NCBI GenBank assembly: GCA_963785235.1
Contig: CAWAUM010000007.1
Location: 192,001-256,000, forward strand
Origin: an uncultured delta proteobacterium
GTDB lineage: Bacteria > Desulfobacterota > Desulfomonilia > UBA1062
DNA length: 64,000 bases
Direction of reading: 5' to 3'
The notes below the pieces were generated by a model. It was not told where the DNA came from, made no database searches, and saw only the letters and a list, made by a program, of their open reading frames with translations. Of the stretch, positions 48,909 to 58,070 are shown piece after piece. The position numbers were made by a program, and so were the translations under genes. The stretch's first letter is position 1, and every line of letters begins with the position of its first letter.

Positions 48909-51302
48909 ATGGCATGTACAATGAGGAGCAAGGTTTTACGGGATGAGACGTGCATCAAGTCACTGGGAAGGCTGGCTGACAAACGGGCGGTGCGCGAAGG
49001 GCTCAAGATCTGCCTGGAGCGGGCACGGATCATGACCGAAGTATTCAAGGCAAGCGAGGGAGAGCCCATGTGCATCCGCAGGGCCAAGGGACTGGCCGCG
49101 GTCCTGGACAACATGACCCTTTTCTCCCGAGATAAGGAGCTCATTGCAGGCTGCTTTGCAAGCTCGGAAAAGGCATGCCCGACCTACCCTGAGCTCTACT
49201 GGAGGTGGCTTGAAAAGGCTGTTGAAACCAAGCCCGACTATGCCTCCATGCTGACCGAGGTGGGCAAACAGGAGCTGTTCGCCATCCACGAGTACTGGAA
49301 ACCCTTTTCCATCCATGGCCGGGAGCGTGACTATATCCCTCCCGGAAGGTCCTGGAGGATAGGCGACTTCATCACGGGCGGATGGATGTGGCAGTGGGAG
49401 ATCTCCACGCCCAACTACGAGAAGATCCTGAGTATAGGACTCAGTGGGATTATTGCGGAGATCGACAAGAAGCGCTCCGAGGTCCTGTCCGACATCTCCA
49501 TCCCGACCGAGAAGCGCATGAAGATGATCGATGAGCTGACCGCCATGAAGATTTCCACCGAGGCGGCAGCACGGTGGGGCCGGCGATATGCGAAGATGCT
49601 CCAGGAGCACAAGCTTACCGTGAAGGACAAGGCGAGGCGCTCAGAACTCGACAAGATGATCGAGGCATGCTCCCAGGTACCCGCAGGGCCGGCTCGCAAC
49701 CTGCACGAGGCACTGCAGTGCTTCATCATGATCACCTTTATCGTCAACTATATCGACCAGCCCCAGGTGGGCAACGGCATCCGCTTTGACAAGATCTTCG
49801 GGCCATATCTTGAAAAGGATATCAAGGCAGGCGTGCTCAGCCGTGAGCAGGCCAAGGAACTGGTGGAAGGGGTCTGGGTGAAGATGCAGGAGGGGGGATA
49901 TGTTCAGCCGCCCCAATGGGTGAACAACGGCGGCGGCGGGCTTGGTTTCCAGACCATCACCCTAGGCGGCACGGATGAAACGGGAAAGGACATCACCAAT
50001 GACATGACCTACCTGGCCCTGAAGGTAACCGGAGAGCTCCAGACCATTGCCCCGCAGATTGCGGTTCGTATCCATGACAATACGCCCAAGGAGCTCTACC
50101 AGGCCATCTTCAGGTGCGTACGAACCGGATGCGCCCAGCCGGCGGTGTTCAATGACCAGGTAAACCTGCTCAGGCTCGAAGGCCTCGGATGCTCAAAGGA
50201 AGAGGCGAGGCTCTATTCCATCAACAACTGCATGCAGCCGGTCATACCCGGAAAGAACTGCCACTACCGTGCAGGGCACAGCGGAGGATTTGTGCTGCCC
50301 ATGTGCCTGAACCTGGCCCTTGATGAAGGCAGGTTCAGCGGCAAGGTGGTAGGTGCGCCGACACCCTCCATCTCAAAGCTGAAGACCTATGATGATGTGT
50401 GGAAGGCATTCTGCGCCCAGGTGGAGTTTGCTGCCGAGACCCTGGGCATCATCTCCAACATTGCGGATGTACTCCTGAAAGAGTACATCCCCCGGCCGTT
50501 CCTCTCGGCCCTGCTGGACGGCAATATCGAGAAGGGATGCGATATGAGGGACTGGGAATATCTGGGCCTGCGGCATCACCTGGTCTTCGGGGTCAACAAT
50601 GCGGCAGACGGCCTGGCAGCCATAAAAAAGCTCGTCTTTGACGAGAAGAAGCTTACTCTTGAAGAGTACCTGAAGGCGGTCCAGGGCAACTACCAGGGCA
50701 AGTATGAGAGCACCTACCGCCTGATAGAACAGGGCGCACCCAAATTCGGCAACGACGATGACTATGTGGATTTCATCAGCCGAGACATAATGCTCAAGAT
50801 ACGCCAGGAATGCGACAAGTGGACAGACATCTATGGCAAGCCTTTTATCTTAGACGGCACCACTGCATCGGCCCCCATTGGTGCAGGAATGATCCTGCCT
50901 GCTACCTGCGATGCGCGCATGGAAGCAGAGCCTTTTCATGACGGCAGCATCTCCCCGGTCCAGGGAAGAGACACCTCGGGCCCCACTGCCACAGTAAGGT
51001 CTGTGGGCAAGGTGAAGACGCTTGAGACCGGCAACTTCCTTCTGAACCAGAAGTTCATGCCCTCCTTCTTTGATGTGCAGAACTACGAGGTCATGGAAGG
51101 GTACATGAAAACGCTGCGTGACATGGGCATCCATCATGTGCAGTTCAACTGCGTGGACAAGGGCACCATGCTCGAGGCCAAGGCGCATCCCGATAAATAC
51201 CGGGACCTCATCGTACGGGTTGCAGGGTATTCCGCTTACTTCATAGACCTGGACAACCGGATGCAGGACGAGATCATCAAGAGGACCGAGCAGGCGTTCT
51301 GA
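48909..51302 (+). CDS. Glycyl radical enzyme 2, uncharacterised class (fumarate-adding-enzyme-like motifs)
   Basis: ERAR..TE..K..EGEP..IRRAK, TITLGG, Cys loop NNCMQP, PKFGNDDDYVD, LLNQKF, HVQFN, VRVAGYSAYF. Confidence 0.9.
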   Translation: MACTMRSKVLRDETCIKSLGRLADKRAVREGLKICLERARIMTEVFKASEGEPMCIRRAKGLAAVLDNMTLFSRDKELIAGCFASSEKACPTYPELYWRWLEKAVETKPDYASMLTEVGKQELFAIHEYWKPFSIHGRERDYIPPGRSWRIGDFITGGWMWQWEISTPNYEKILSIGLSGIIAEIDKKRSEVLSDISIPTEKRMKMIDELTAMKISTEAAARWGRRYAKMLQEHKLTVKDKARRSELDKMIEACSQVPAGPARNLHEALQCFIMITFIVNYIDQPQVGNGIRFDKIFGPYLEKDIKAGVLSREQAKELVEGVWVKMQEGGYVQPPQWVNNGGGGLGFQTITLGGTDETGKDITNDMTYLALKVTGELQTIAPQIAVRIHDNTPKELYQAIFRCVRTGCAQPAVFNDQVNLLRLEGLGCSKEEARLYSINNCMQPVIPGKNCHYRAGHSGGFVLPMCLNLALDEGRFSGKVVGAPTPSISKLKTYDDVWKAFCAQVEFAAETLGIISNIADVLLKEYIPRPFLSALLDGNIEKGCDMRDWEYLGLRHHLVFGVNNAADGLAAIKKLVFDEKKLTLEEYLKAVQGNYQGKYESTYRLIEQGAPKFGNDDDYVDFISRDIMLKIRQECDKWTDIYGKPFILDGTTASAPIGAGMILPATCDARMEAEPFHDGSISPVQGRDTSGPTATVRSVGKVKTLETGNFLLNQKFMPSFFDVQNYEVMEGYMKTLRDMGIHHVQFNCVDKGTMLEAKAHPDKYRDLIVRVAGYSAYFIDLDNRMQDEIIKRTEQAF

Positions 51303-51368
51303 AAAGGAATTTAAGGCCATCCCTTAAGTGAAGATGTACGGGGTGGTGGCAAAGGTCCGAAAAGCCGG

Positions 51369-51417
51369 CCCGTTCAAATCTGTCAACTCGCTTTTTGAGT
51401 TGATGGATTTGAACGGG
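51369..51417. repeat. Hairpin sharing CCGTTCAAATC termini with 3816-3901
   Basis: cccgttcaaatctgtcaactc...gagttgatggatttgaacggg; 21-bp stem with two G-U pairs. Confidence 0.75.
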
Positions 51418-51507
51418 TAAAATGAAGGAAAGGCGTGAACATGGGCAGGTCCGTGTTTAATGGCTATTTACACTTGATCGGGATTGATTTGAGCGTCCAG
51501 GTTCTGG

Positions 51508-51561
51508 CCTTTTCAAAGGATCAATCTCCCCGAAAAGGGGGAGATTGATCCTTTGAAAAGG
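51508..51561. repeat. Perfect 24-bp inverted repeat just upstream of activase 2
   Basis: ccttttcaaaggatcaatctcccc-gaaaag-ggggagattgatcctttgaaaagg. Confidence 0.85.
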
Positions 51562-51582
51562 TTGATGAAAAATGGAGTTGCA

Positions 51583-52515
51583 ATGACACGACAAGCATCA
51601 GAAGAGCATGAAAGAACACAGGGAACCATATTCAACATCCAGAACTTCAGCATCCATGACGGCCCTGGAATAAGGACCACAATGTTCCTCAAGGGCTGTC
51701 CGTTGCACTGCCCCTGGTGCTCGAACCCCGAGTCCATATATCCGGCCATCCAGATCAAAATCTCGCCGGAGAAGTGCCGGGGGTGCAAAAAGTGCTCTGA
51801 TGCCTGCGAGAGCGGCGCCCTTTCAATGGAGAATGGAAAGGTCCGTTTTGAACACTCCTTATGTACGGATTGTCTTGCCTGTGCGGGTGTATGTGAAAGC
51901 GGCTGCATCACGAAAATAGGGTCACGTATCAGCGCTGATGAAGCAATAGAAAAGCTCCTGAGGGACAGGCCCTTTTATGAGAATACCGGCGGCGGCGTCA
52001 CTGTATCAGGGGGGGAACCCCTTTTCCAGCAAGAATTCGTATCAGAGATATTGAGCAGGCTCCACAAGCATGGTGTGAATACGGCTGTTGATACCTCGGG
52101 CTTTGCCAGCCGGCCGGCCTTTGCCGGCATCATCGATAACGTGGACCTTTTTCTTTTCGACATCAAGCACCTGGACAGGGAAAAACACCGAAGCACCATA
52201 GGCGTAGACAATGATGTCATCCTGAACAACCTTAAGGAGTGCGCAGCCCGGACTCAGGTTTGGACCAGGACCCCTCTCATACCGGGATTCAACGATGACT
52301 TCGAGGTTACCGACGCTATCGCCAGGCTTGCACATGAAGTCGGTGCCCAGCGATGCTGCTTCCTGCCCGTGCATCGATGGGGCGAGCACAAGTATTCCCG
52401 GCTCGGTCTTGCGAATCCTTATGAAAACATCCGAGAATTTTCAGCAGGGGAGATTGAAATATTCAAAGAGCGGTACAAAAGACAGCAAGGATTCGTGTTT
52501 TTCGAGGCGGCATAA
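51583..52515 (+). CDS. Glycyl-radical enzyme activating enzyme 2
   Basis: IFNIQNFSIHDGPGIRTTMFLKGCPLHCPWCSNPES, two-ferredoxin insert, GGVTVSGGEP, DTSG, RTPLIPG; GGAG RBS before ATG 51583. Confidence 0.93.
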   Translation: MTRQASEEHERTQGTIFNIQNFSIHDGPGIRTTMFLKGCPLHCPWCSNPESIYPAIQIKISPEKCRGCKKCSDACESGALSMENGKVRFEHSLCTDCLACAGVCESGCITKIGSRISADEAIEKLLRDRPFYENTGGGVTVSGGEPLFQQEFVSEILSRLHKHGVNTAVDTSGFASRPAFAGIIDNVDLFLFDIKHLDREKHRSTIGVDNDVILNNLKECAARTQVWTRTPLIPGFNDDFEVTDAIARLAHEVGAQRCCFLPVHRWGEHKYSRLGLANPYENIREFSAGEIEIFKERYKRQQGFVFFEAA

Positions 52516-52710
52516 ATCAAACCATTACGCATATCTTTTTTCCCATTCTATCAAACCTGAGGATTCAAGCCCTTTTTGCGTATAAGGCTGGCTGCGTATC
52601 CAAAAGAAATGATTTGACTTTTAATGAGTAATTATTATTATCGTTAACATTGGAATTAGTTTTCCCTGTGATAGCTCACCAGTGATGAAGGCATCAAGGA
52701 GGTTTCCGGT

Positions 52711-54555
52711 ATGAAGAACAGGCTTACCAGCAACATCAAGGAAGAGCAGGCTGTGGATCTCACCAGAAAGATCATTGAGCTTGAAGAATCAACCCGCGGG
52801 TATGAGCGCAGGAGCACGTTCTTCGAACTGCTCATCAGGAGCCTGCCAGGACTGTTCTACGCCTTTGATGACAAGTTCCAGGTGCATATGTGGAACAAGA
52901 ATGTAGAGAAGGTCACCGGGTATATTGCCGATGAAATCCCGGAGCATAGCCTCTTCGAACTGTTTGACGGTGATGACCTCAAGTTCATTCAGGATACCAT
53001 CCAGAATGTGTTCAAGACCGGCGAGGGAGTGGCGGAGGCGATCCTCATTACAAAAGACGGCAGGCGGATCCCCTATTTTTTTACAGGGGTCAGTGCAGTG
53101 ATCGAGGGCACGCCTTACCTCCTGGGTATGGGGCTGGATATCAGCATCCTGAAAGGGGCCGAAGCTGCGTTGCTGGAGAGTGAGGCCCTTTACCGCACCT
53201 TTGCCGCGCGCATGACCGAAGGAGTGACGCTCATTCATGAAGATAAATTCGTGTTCGTGAACAATGCCTTTGCCTCCATGCTCGGATTTTCCGATCCCAA
53301 TGAGATCCTTGGTCAGGATGTCATGGGCTTTGTGAGCAAGGAATTCGAGATGTATTTCAGGGAACTTTTCGAGTCCATCGTAAAGGGCATGTCAAAGGAA
53401 CGTTTTTTCCAGGCCCGGTGGATGAGGGACAAAAAACAGGAGATATGGGTAGAAGGCAGGGGCAACCTTATCCAGTGGAAAGGGAATCCTACCGTTCTGC
53501 TCACAGCACGCGACATCACCGAGACCAAGCTCAAAGAGATCTCCATGCAGGAGGAGGCCGCATACCTCAGAAGGGAAAACGTAACCCTGAGATCATCCAT
53601 TAAAGACCGTTACCGCTTCGGTGACATCATCGGCAAGAGCTCGGCTATTCAGGAAGTCTATGAGCTCATCCTCAACTCGGCAGCCACTGGTGCCAATGTC
53701 ATCATCTATGGCGAGTCCGGCACCGGCAAGGAGCTGGTAGCCAAGGCCATACACCAGTTTTCCAGCCGCTCCGCCAGTCCCTTTGTCCCGGTCAACTGTG
53801 CGGCCATACCCGATAACCTTATCGAAAGTGAATTCTTTGGTTATAAGAAGGGGGCCTTCACCGGCGCCAATACCGATAAACAGGGATATTTGGATATGGC
53901 CCACGGGGGGACCTTGTTCCTCGACGAGGTGGGCGAACTGGGGTTGAATCTCCAGGCTAAACTCCTTCGCGCCATAGAGGGCAGCGGCTATTCGCCGGTG
54001 GGCGGCAATATCACCAAACATTCGGATTTCAGGATTATCGCGGCAACCAACAAGAACCTGCTGGAGTATACGAAAAAGGGCCTCATGCGGGAGGATTTCT
54101 TCTACAGGATCCATATCATACCCATACAGCTCCCCGCACTCAGGCAGCGTAAAGATGACATACCTCTCCTGGTAGAGCACTTCTTGAGAATCTATTCCCC
54201 TGGAAAAAGACTTCCTTCCGTCTCGGGCCATGTGCTGGAGGCGCTCCAGAATTATGACTGGCCGGGCAATGTGCGTGAGCTGCAGAATGTCATCCAGCGT
54301 TATCTTACGGTAAAGAGGATCGACTTCCTTACCCCGGCAACCCAGGAGCCACCTGAGATCTTCAACCAGGCACAGGCCTCGCTGGACAAGGGTAAAAAGG
54401 ACCTCAAGCTTCATGACTACACCGAGAACATCGAGAAGGCAGTAATCATGGATGCGCTGAGCCAGCATCGCTGGAACAAGAGCAAGGCATCAGAGGCATT
54501 GATGATTTCCCGCAAGACACTTCAAAGAAAGATGAAACGGCTCGGGCTGGTGTGA
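52711..54555 (+). CDS. PAS-PAS sigma54-dependent transcriptional activator
   Basis: Two PAS domains (WNKNVEKVTGY; FVNNAFASMLGF), GESGTGKE, ESEFFGYKKGAFTGA, WPGNVRELQN, HTH. Confidence 0.93.
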   Translation: MKNRLTSNIKEEQAVDLTRKIIELEESTRGYERRSTFFELLIRSLPGLFYAFDDKFQVHMWNKNVEKVTGYIADEIPEHSLFELFDGDDLKFIQDTIQNVFKTGEGVAEAILITKDGRRIPYFFTGVSAVIEGTPYLLGMGLDISILKGAEAALLESEALYRTFAARMTEGVTLIHEDKFVFVNNAFASMLGFSDPNEILGQDVMGFVSKEFEMYFRELFESIVKGMSKERFFQARWMRDKKQEIWVEGRGNLIQWKGNPTVLLTARDITETKLKEISMQEEAAYLRRENVTLRSSIKDRYRFGDIIGKSSAIQEVYELILNSAATGANVIIYGESGTGKELVAKAIHQFSSRSASPFVPVNCAAIPDNLIESEFFGYKKGAFTGANTDKQGYLDMAHGGTLFLDEVGELGLNLQAKLLRAIEGSGYSPVGGNITKHSDFRIIAATNKNLLEYTKKGLMREDFFYRIHIIPIQLPALRQRKDDIPLLVEHFLRIYSPGKRLPSVSGHVLEALQNYDWPGNVRELQNVIQRYLTVKRIDFLTPATQEPPEIFNQAQASLDKGKKDLKLHDYTENIEKAVIMDALSQHRWNKSKASEALMISRKTLQRKMKRLGLV

Positions 54556-54747
54556 CCGGAAGTGGGCGCTTGTGACCCATGGATATCAATAAATCGACTT
54601 TGTATTTTAATAACAGCAAGTTATATGCTCCGATTTTATTTATACCCCTAGATCCGGGACACTTCTGTCCCACTGTCCATGTACCTGCCTTAATCCTGCC
54701 TTAAGAATACCTACGTAATATCAGCAGAGTAAATACGATTATCCTCT

Positions 54748-54762
54748 TGGCACTATCCTTGC
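54748..54762 (+). promoter_or_regulatory. Sigma54 promoter for the mutase-ass operon
   Basis: TGGCAC-TATCC-TTGC, perfect consensus. Confidence 0.85.
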
Positions 54763-54855
54763 TCTATCTTGGATAGGGACATGTAACCACAGATCTGATG
54801 TCTCAGCCTTTGAAGTTTTCTTGTTGATTGGCATGTTCCAGCGAAGGGGGTTCAC

Positions 54856-55326
54856 ATGGGTCAGGATTCAAAGATCCGCATTCTCATCGCCAAACCAGGT
54901 CTTGACGGGCATGAACGGGGCGCACACGTGGTGGCCTACGGGCTCAGGGACGAAGGCTTCGAGGTAATTTACACGGGCTTGCGCCAGACTCCAGAGCAGA
55001 TCGTTTCCGCAGCCGTCCAGGAAGATGTCGCCGTCATCGGTCTCTCCATCCTTTCGGGGGCTCACCTCTCGCTGACTAAAAAAGTCATGGAAGGCCTCAA
55101 GGCCAAAGGCGCAGAAGACATCCTGGTTACCGTTGGGGGCATCATTCCTGAAGGAGACAGAAAAGCCCTTGAAAAAATGGGTGTGGGCGGCATCTTCACC
55201 TCAGGCGCGAAGATCAAGGATATTGCGGCATTCATCCGCACAAAGCTCAGAGAAGAAATGCCGTATGAAGAAAATATGGGAATATTTGCTGAAGGTGCCC
55301 TAACCACTGTCAAGGACAGGACATGA
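54856..55326 (+). CDS. Acyl-CoA mutase small (cobalamin-binding) subunit
   Basis: KPGLDGHERG (DxHxxG), GLSILSGAH, VGGIIP. Confidence 0.95.
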   Translation: MGQDSKIRILIAKPGLDGHERGAHVVAYGLRDEGFEVIYTGLRQTPEQIVSAAVQEDVAVIGLSILSGAHLSLTKKVMEGLKAKGAEDILVTVGGIIPEGDRKALEKMGVGGIFTSGAKIKDIAAFIRTKLREEMPYEENMGIFAEGALTTVKDRT

Positions 55327-57071
55327 AGGACAATAGAAAAAAGATTGAAGAGGCTGCGAGGAAGTGGGAGGCTGAGATTCTCAATCCTCGCGTGAAGAGG
55401 TTTAACCTGGGCAAGAGTCCTACGAGCTTCCACACCCCCTTGTCAATGAATGGTTCTCAATTCCTGGAAAAAGTCGGATTTCCCGGCCAGTACCCGTTCA
55501 CTGCAGGGAACAATCCCTTTGACTTCTGGAACGCACATGCACGCTCAGCTGCAAAGCTCGGTTACCGGCCCGACTGGGGCGGAGCAGGCGGGGTCGGTAA
55601 ATACGGCGGGTTCGGAACCCCTGCCGATTATCGTGATTATTTATTGAGGATGCAGTCCATGGGACGCAAGGGCGGGCCCAACATCGCCTTTGACCTGGCG
55701 ACCCAGTGCGGATACGACTCTGACAGCCCCTATGCCGAGGGAGAAGTGGGCCGGGTTGGGGTTGCCATAGACTCTCTGCAAGACTTTGCAGTCATCTACG
55801 AGGCCTATACCGGAGATCTCGACATCGACAAGGTGCCGTCCAACTTCACCATCAATGCCCCTGCTGCAATCATCATCGCCATGTATGCCTGTCTTGCCAA
55901 GAAGCGTGGTATCCCGCTTGATAAGTTGAGGGGTACGCCCCAAAACGACATCCTCAAAGAATTCATCGCCCGAGGAACATACATTTATCCACCAAAGCCT
56001 TCCTTGAGGCTGTTCCGCGATACGTGCGTATTCTGCCGTAAGCACATGAGAGCGCTCAACATAAATTCCATCGGAGGCTACCATATGAGGGAGGCCGGAG
56101 CCACACGCACCCAGGATCTGGCATTCTCCATGGCCAACGGCATTGCCTATATCGAGGCCGGTCTCGAAGGCGGACTTGCCGTCGATGAGTTCGCGCCTGC
56201 ATTCACCTTCAATGCATTCGGCGGCAGCATGGAGATCTATAATGAAATAGCATTCCAGAGGGCGGCCCGCAGGATGTGGGCGCATATCCTCAAAGATCGC
56301 TTCGGCGCAAAAGATCCCAGGAGCATGATGATCCGCCAGCCCATCACGGCTCACATCGGATGCTCCAGCACCACGCTCCAGAGACCGCTCAACAATCTCG
56401 CCCGAGCCGTTGTCGGCGGAATGGCGGCCGGCATGTCCGGCGGCATTCCCGGTGCATTCCCTCCCTTTGACGAGCCGCTGGGGCTCGGACATTCCCAGGA
56501 GGCAGTCCAGCTACAGCTCGATGCCACCAGGATCATGATCTACGAGGCCAAGGTGACAGACGTATGCGATCCATGGGCTGGATCCTATTTTATGGAATCG
56601 ATCACGGACGCCACCGAGGAAGCGGCGGCAACCGAGATGGCAAAGATCGAGAAGATGGGGGGAGCGGTTGCGGCCATAGAAAACGGTTACATGCAAAAGG
56701 CAGTGGCCAAGAGTGCATACGAGCGCCAGAAGCTCATCGAGAAGCAGGAGGATTTCGTGGTGGGGGTGAACTGCTTTACTGAGGCTACCGAGATAGAGGT
56801 GTCAGTCAACCGCATGGTGGAAGCGACCTATGACCCAGGGCTCATGAAGACGGCCGAAGAGCGTCAGAAAAAAAATCTGGCCCGATTCAAGAGGGAAAGG
56901 CATGGCAAGGCTGTCCTTACCACTCTTAAGAATCTTAAAAGTCAGGCCGCAGACAAAGACAAGAACCTCATGCCCGCCATCTGTGAATGTGTGGAAAACG
57001 ACGCGACCCTCCAGGAGATCTGCGATGTGCTCCGCGAGGTCTTTGGTGAGTCCCAGCCCATAAAACTCTAG
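55323..57071 (+). CDS. Acyl-CoA mutase large subunit (methylmalonyl-CoA mutase family, divergent)
   Basis: PGQYPFT.G, AFDLATQ.GYDSD, GEVGRVGV, QNDILKEF..RGT, YHMREAGA, VVGVN. Confidence 0.92.
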   Translation: MKDNRKKIEEAARKWEAEILNPRVKRFNLGKSPTSFHTPLSMNGSQFLEKVGFPGQYPFTAGNNPFDFWNAHARSAAKLGYRPDWGGAGGVGKYGGFGTPADYRDYLLRMQSMGRKGGPNIAFDLATQCGYDSDSPYAEGEVGRVGVAIDSLQDFAVIYEAYTGDLDIDKVPSNFTINAPAAIIIAMYACLAKKRGIPLDKLRGTPQNDILKEFIARGTYIYPPKPSLRLFRDTCVFCRKHMRALNINSIGGYHMREAGATRTQDLAFSMANGIAYIEAGLEGGLAVDEFAPAFTFNAFGGSMEIYNEIAFQRAARRMWAHILKDRFGAKDPRSMMIRQPITAHIGCSSTTLQRPLNNLARAVVGGMAAGMSGGIPGAFPPFDEPLGLGHSQEAVQLQLDATRIMIYEAKVTDVCDPWAGSYFMESITDATEEAAATEMAKIEKMGGAVAAIENGYMQKAVAKSAYERQKLIEKQEDFVVGVNCFTEATEIEVSVNRMVEATYDPGLMKTAEERQKKNLARFKRERHGKAVLTTLKNLKSQAADKDKNLMPAICECVENDATLQEICDVLREVFGESQPIKL

Positions 57072-57086
57072 GAAGAGGTCTGTTAC

Positions 57087-58070
57087 ATGGAAGACATGCT
57101 CAAGAGATTGATCGATAGAGCCAGGCAAGGAGACGAAAGGTCCCTTGCTCGGCTCATCTCGCATGTCGAAGACCGCAGGCCGGGCTGGAAGGACGCCATG
57201 AAGACCATGTACTCCCATACGGGCCGTGCATGTGTCATCGGGATTACGGGTTCTCCGGGGGCGGGCAAGAGCACCCTGGTGGGCGAGATCGCCAAGAGAC
57301 TTGCGGATGATGGCTGCACCATCGGCATTATCGCGGTTGACCCGTCGAGCCCGTTCTCGGGCGGGGCGCTGCTGGGAGACCGCATCAGGATGCGTGACAT
57401 CAGCACCGTTAAGGGCATCTTCATCCGGTCCATGGCTACCCGCGGTGTGCTGGGAGGCCTGTGCCAGGCGGCAAAAGACGTGGTGAGGATCATGGATTTT
57501 GCGCGCAAGGACGTGGTTCTCATCGAGACCGTGGGTGTGGGACAGGACGAGATCGAGGTGGTGAGCGCTTCCGACCATGTGATGCTTGTAACCTTTCCGG
57601 GAGGCGGTGACGGCATCCAGGCCATCAAGGCAGGCGTTATGGAGATCGCCGACCTGTTCGTGGTGAACAAGTCCGACCGCGGCGGCGCCGACGAGACGGC
57701 CTCTGAGATCTCGGCCATGCTCGATCTCTCAACCGAGACAAAAGAAGAGATACCGCCCGTCATCAAGACCTCGGCCGTCACCAGGGATGGACTGACTGAG
57801 CTCGTGACCATCCTCCTGGAATACATCCATCAGAAAAAGGCCGGGCTTCCCATCCGGAAGGCCAATGTGCGTCAGGAGATTCTGGGCATCCTTGAGCGCG
57901 AGGTCACCAGCCTCATCAGGGAGCGGATCATGGGCAACGGGAAACTGGATGCAGACATCGAGAGGATAATGGCAGGCAAAAGCGATCCCTACAGCGCGGC
58001 AGACGGAATAATCGCCAGGTTCGCTTTCATGAAGGGCTTGGACAAAACACACGAAGGAGACCCTCAATGA
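57087..58070 (+). CDS. meaB: MeaB/ArgK GTPase chaperone of B12 mutase
   Basis: GITGSPGAGKST, AVDPSSPFSGGALLGDRIRM, IETVGVGQ, IQAIKAG, VNKSD. Confidence 0.95.
   Translation: MEDMLKRLIDRARQGDERSLARLISHVEDRRPGWKDAMKTMYSHTGRACVIGITGSPGAGKSTLVGEIAKRLADDGCTIGIIAVDPSSPFSGGALLGDRIRMRDISTVKGIFIRSMATRGVLGGLCQAAKDVVRIMDFARKDVVLIETVGVGQDEIEVVSASDHVMLVTFPGGGDGIQAIKAGVMEIADLFVVNKSDRGGADETASEISAMLDLSTETKEEIPPVIKTSAVTRDGLTELVTILLEYIHQKKAGLPIRKANVRQEILGILEREVTSLIRERIMGNGKLDADIERIMAGKSDPYSAADGIIARFAFMKGLDKTHEGDPQ

Noticed and set aside
42191-51302. Pyruvate formate-lyase call for GRE 1 or GRE 2
   Set aside because: Neither has the adjacent Cys-Cys motif, and both activases carry ferredoxin inserts absent from PflA.
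51334-51420. 28-codon ORF after GRE 2 as a small subunit
   Set aside because: No cysteines, it overlaps a hairpin, and it has no similarity to beta/gamma subunits.
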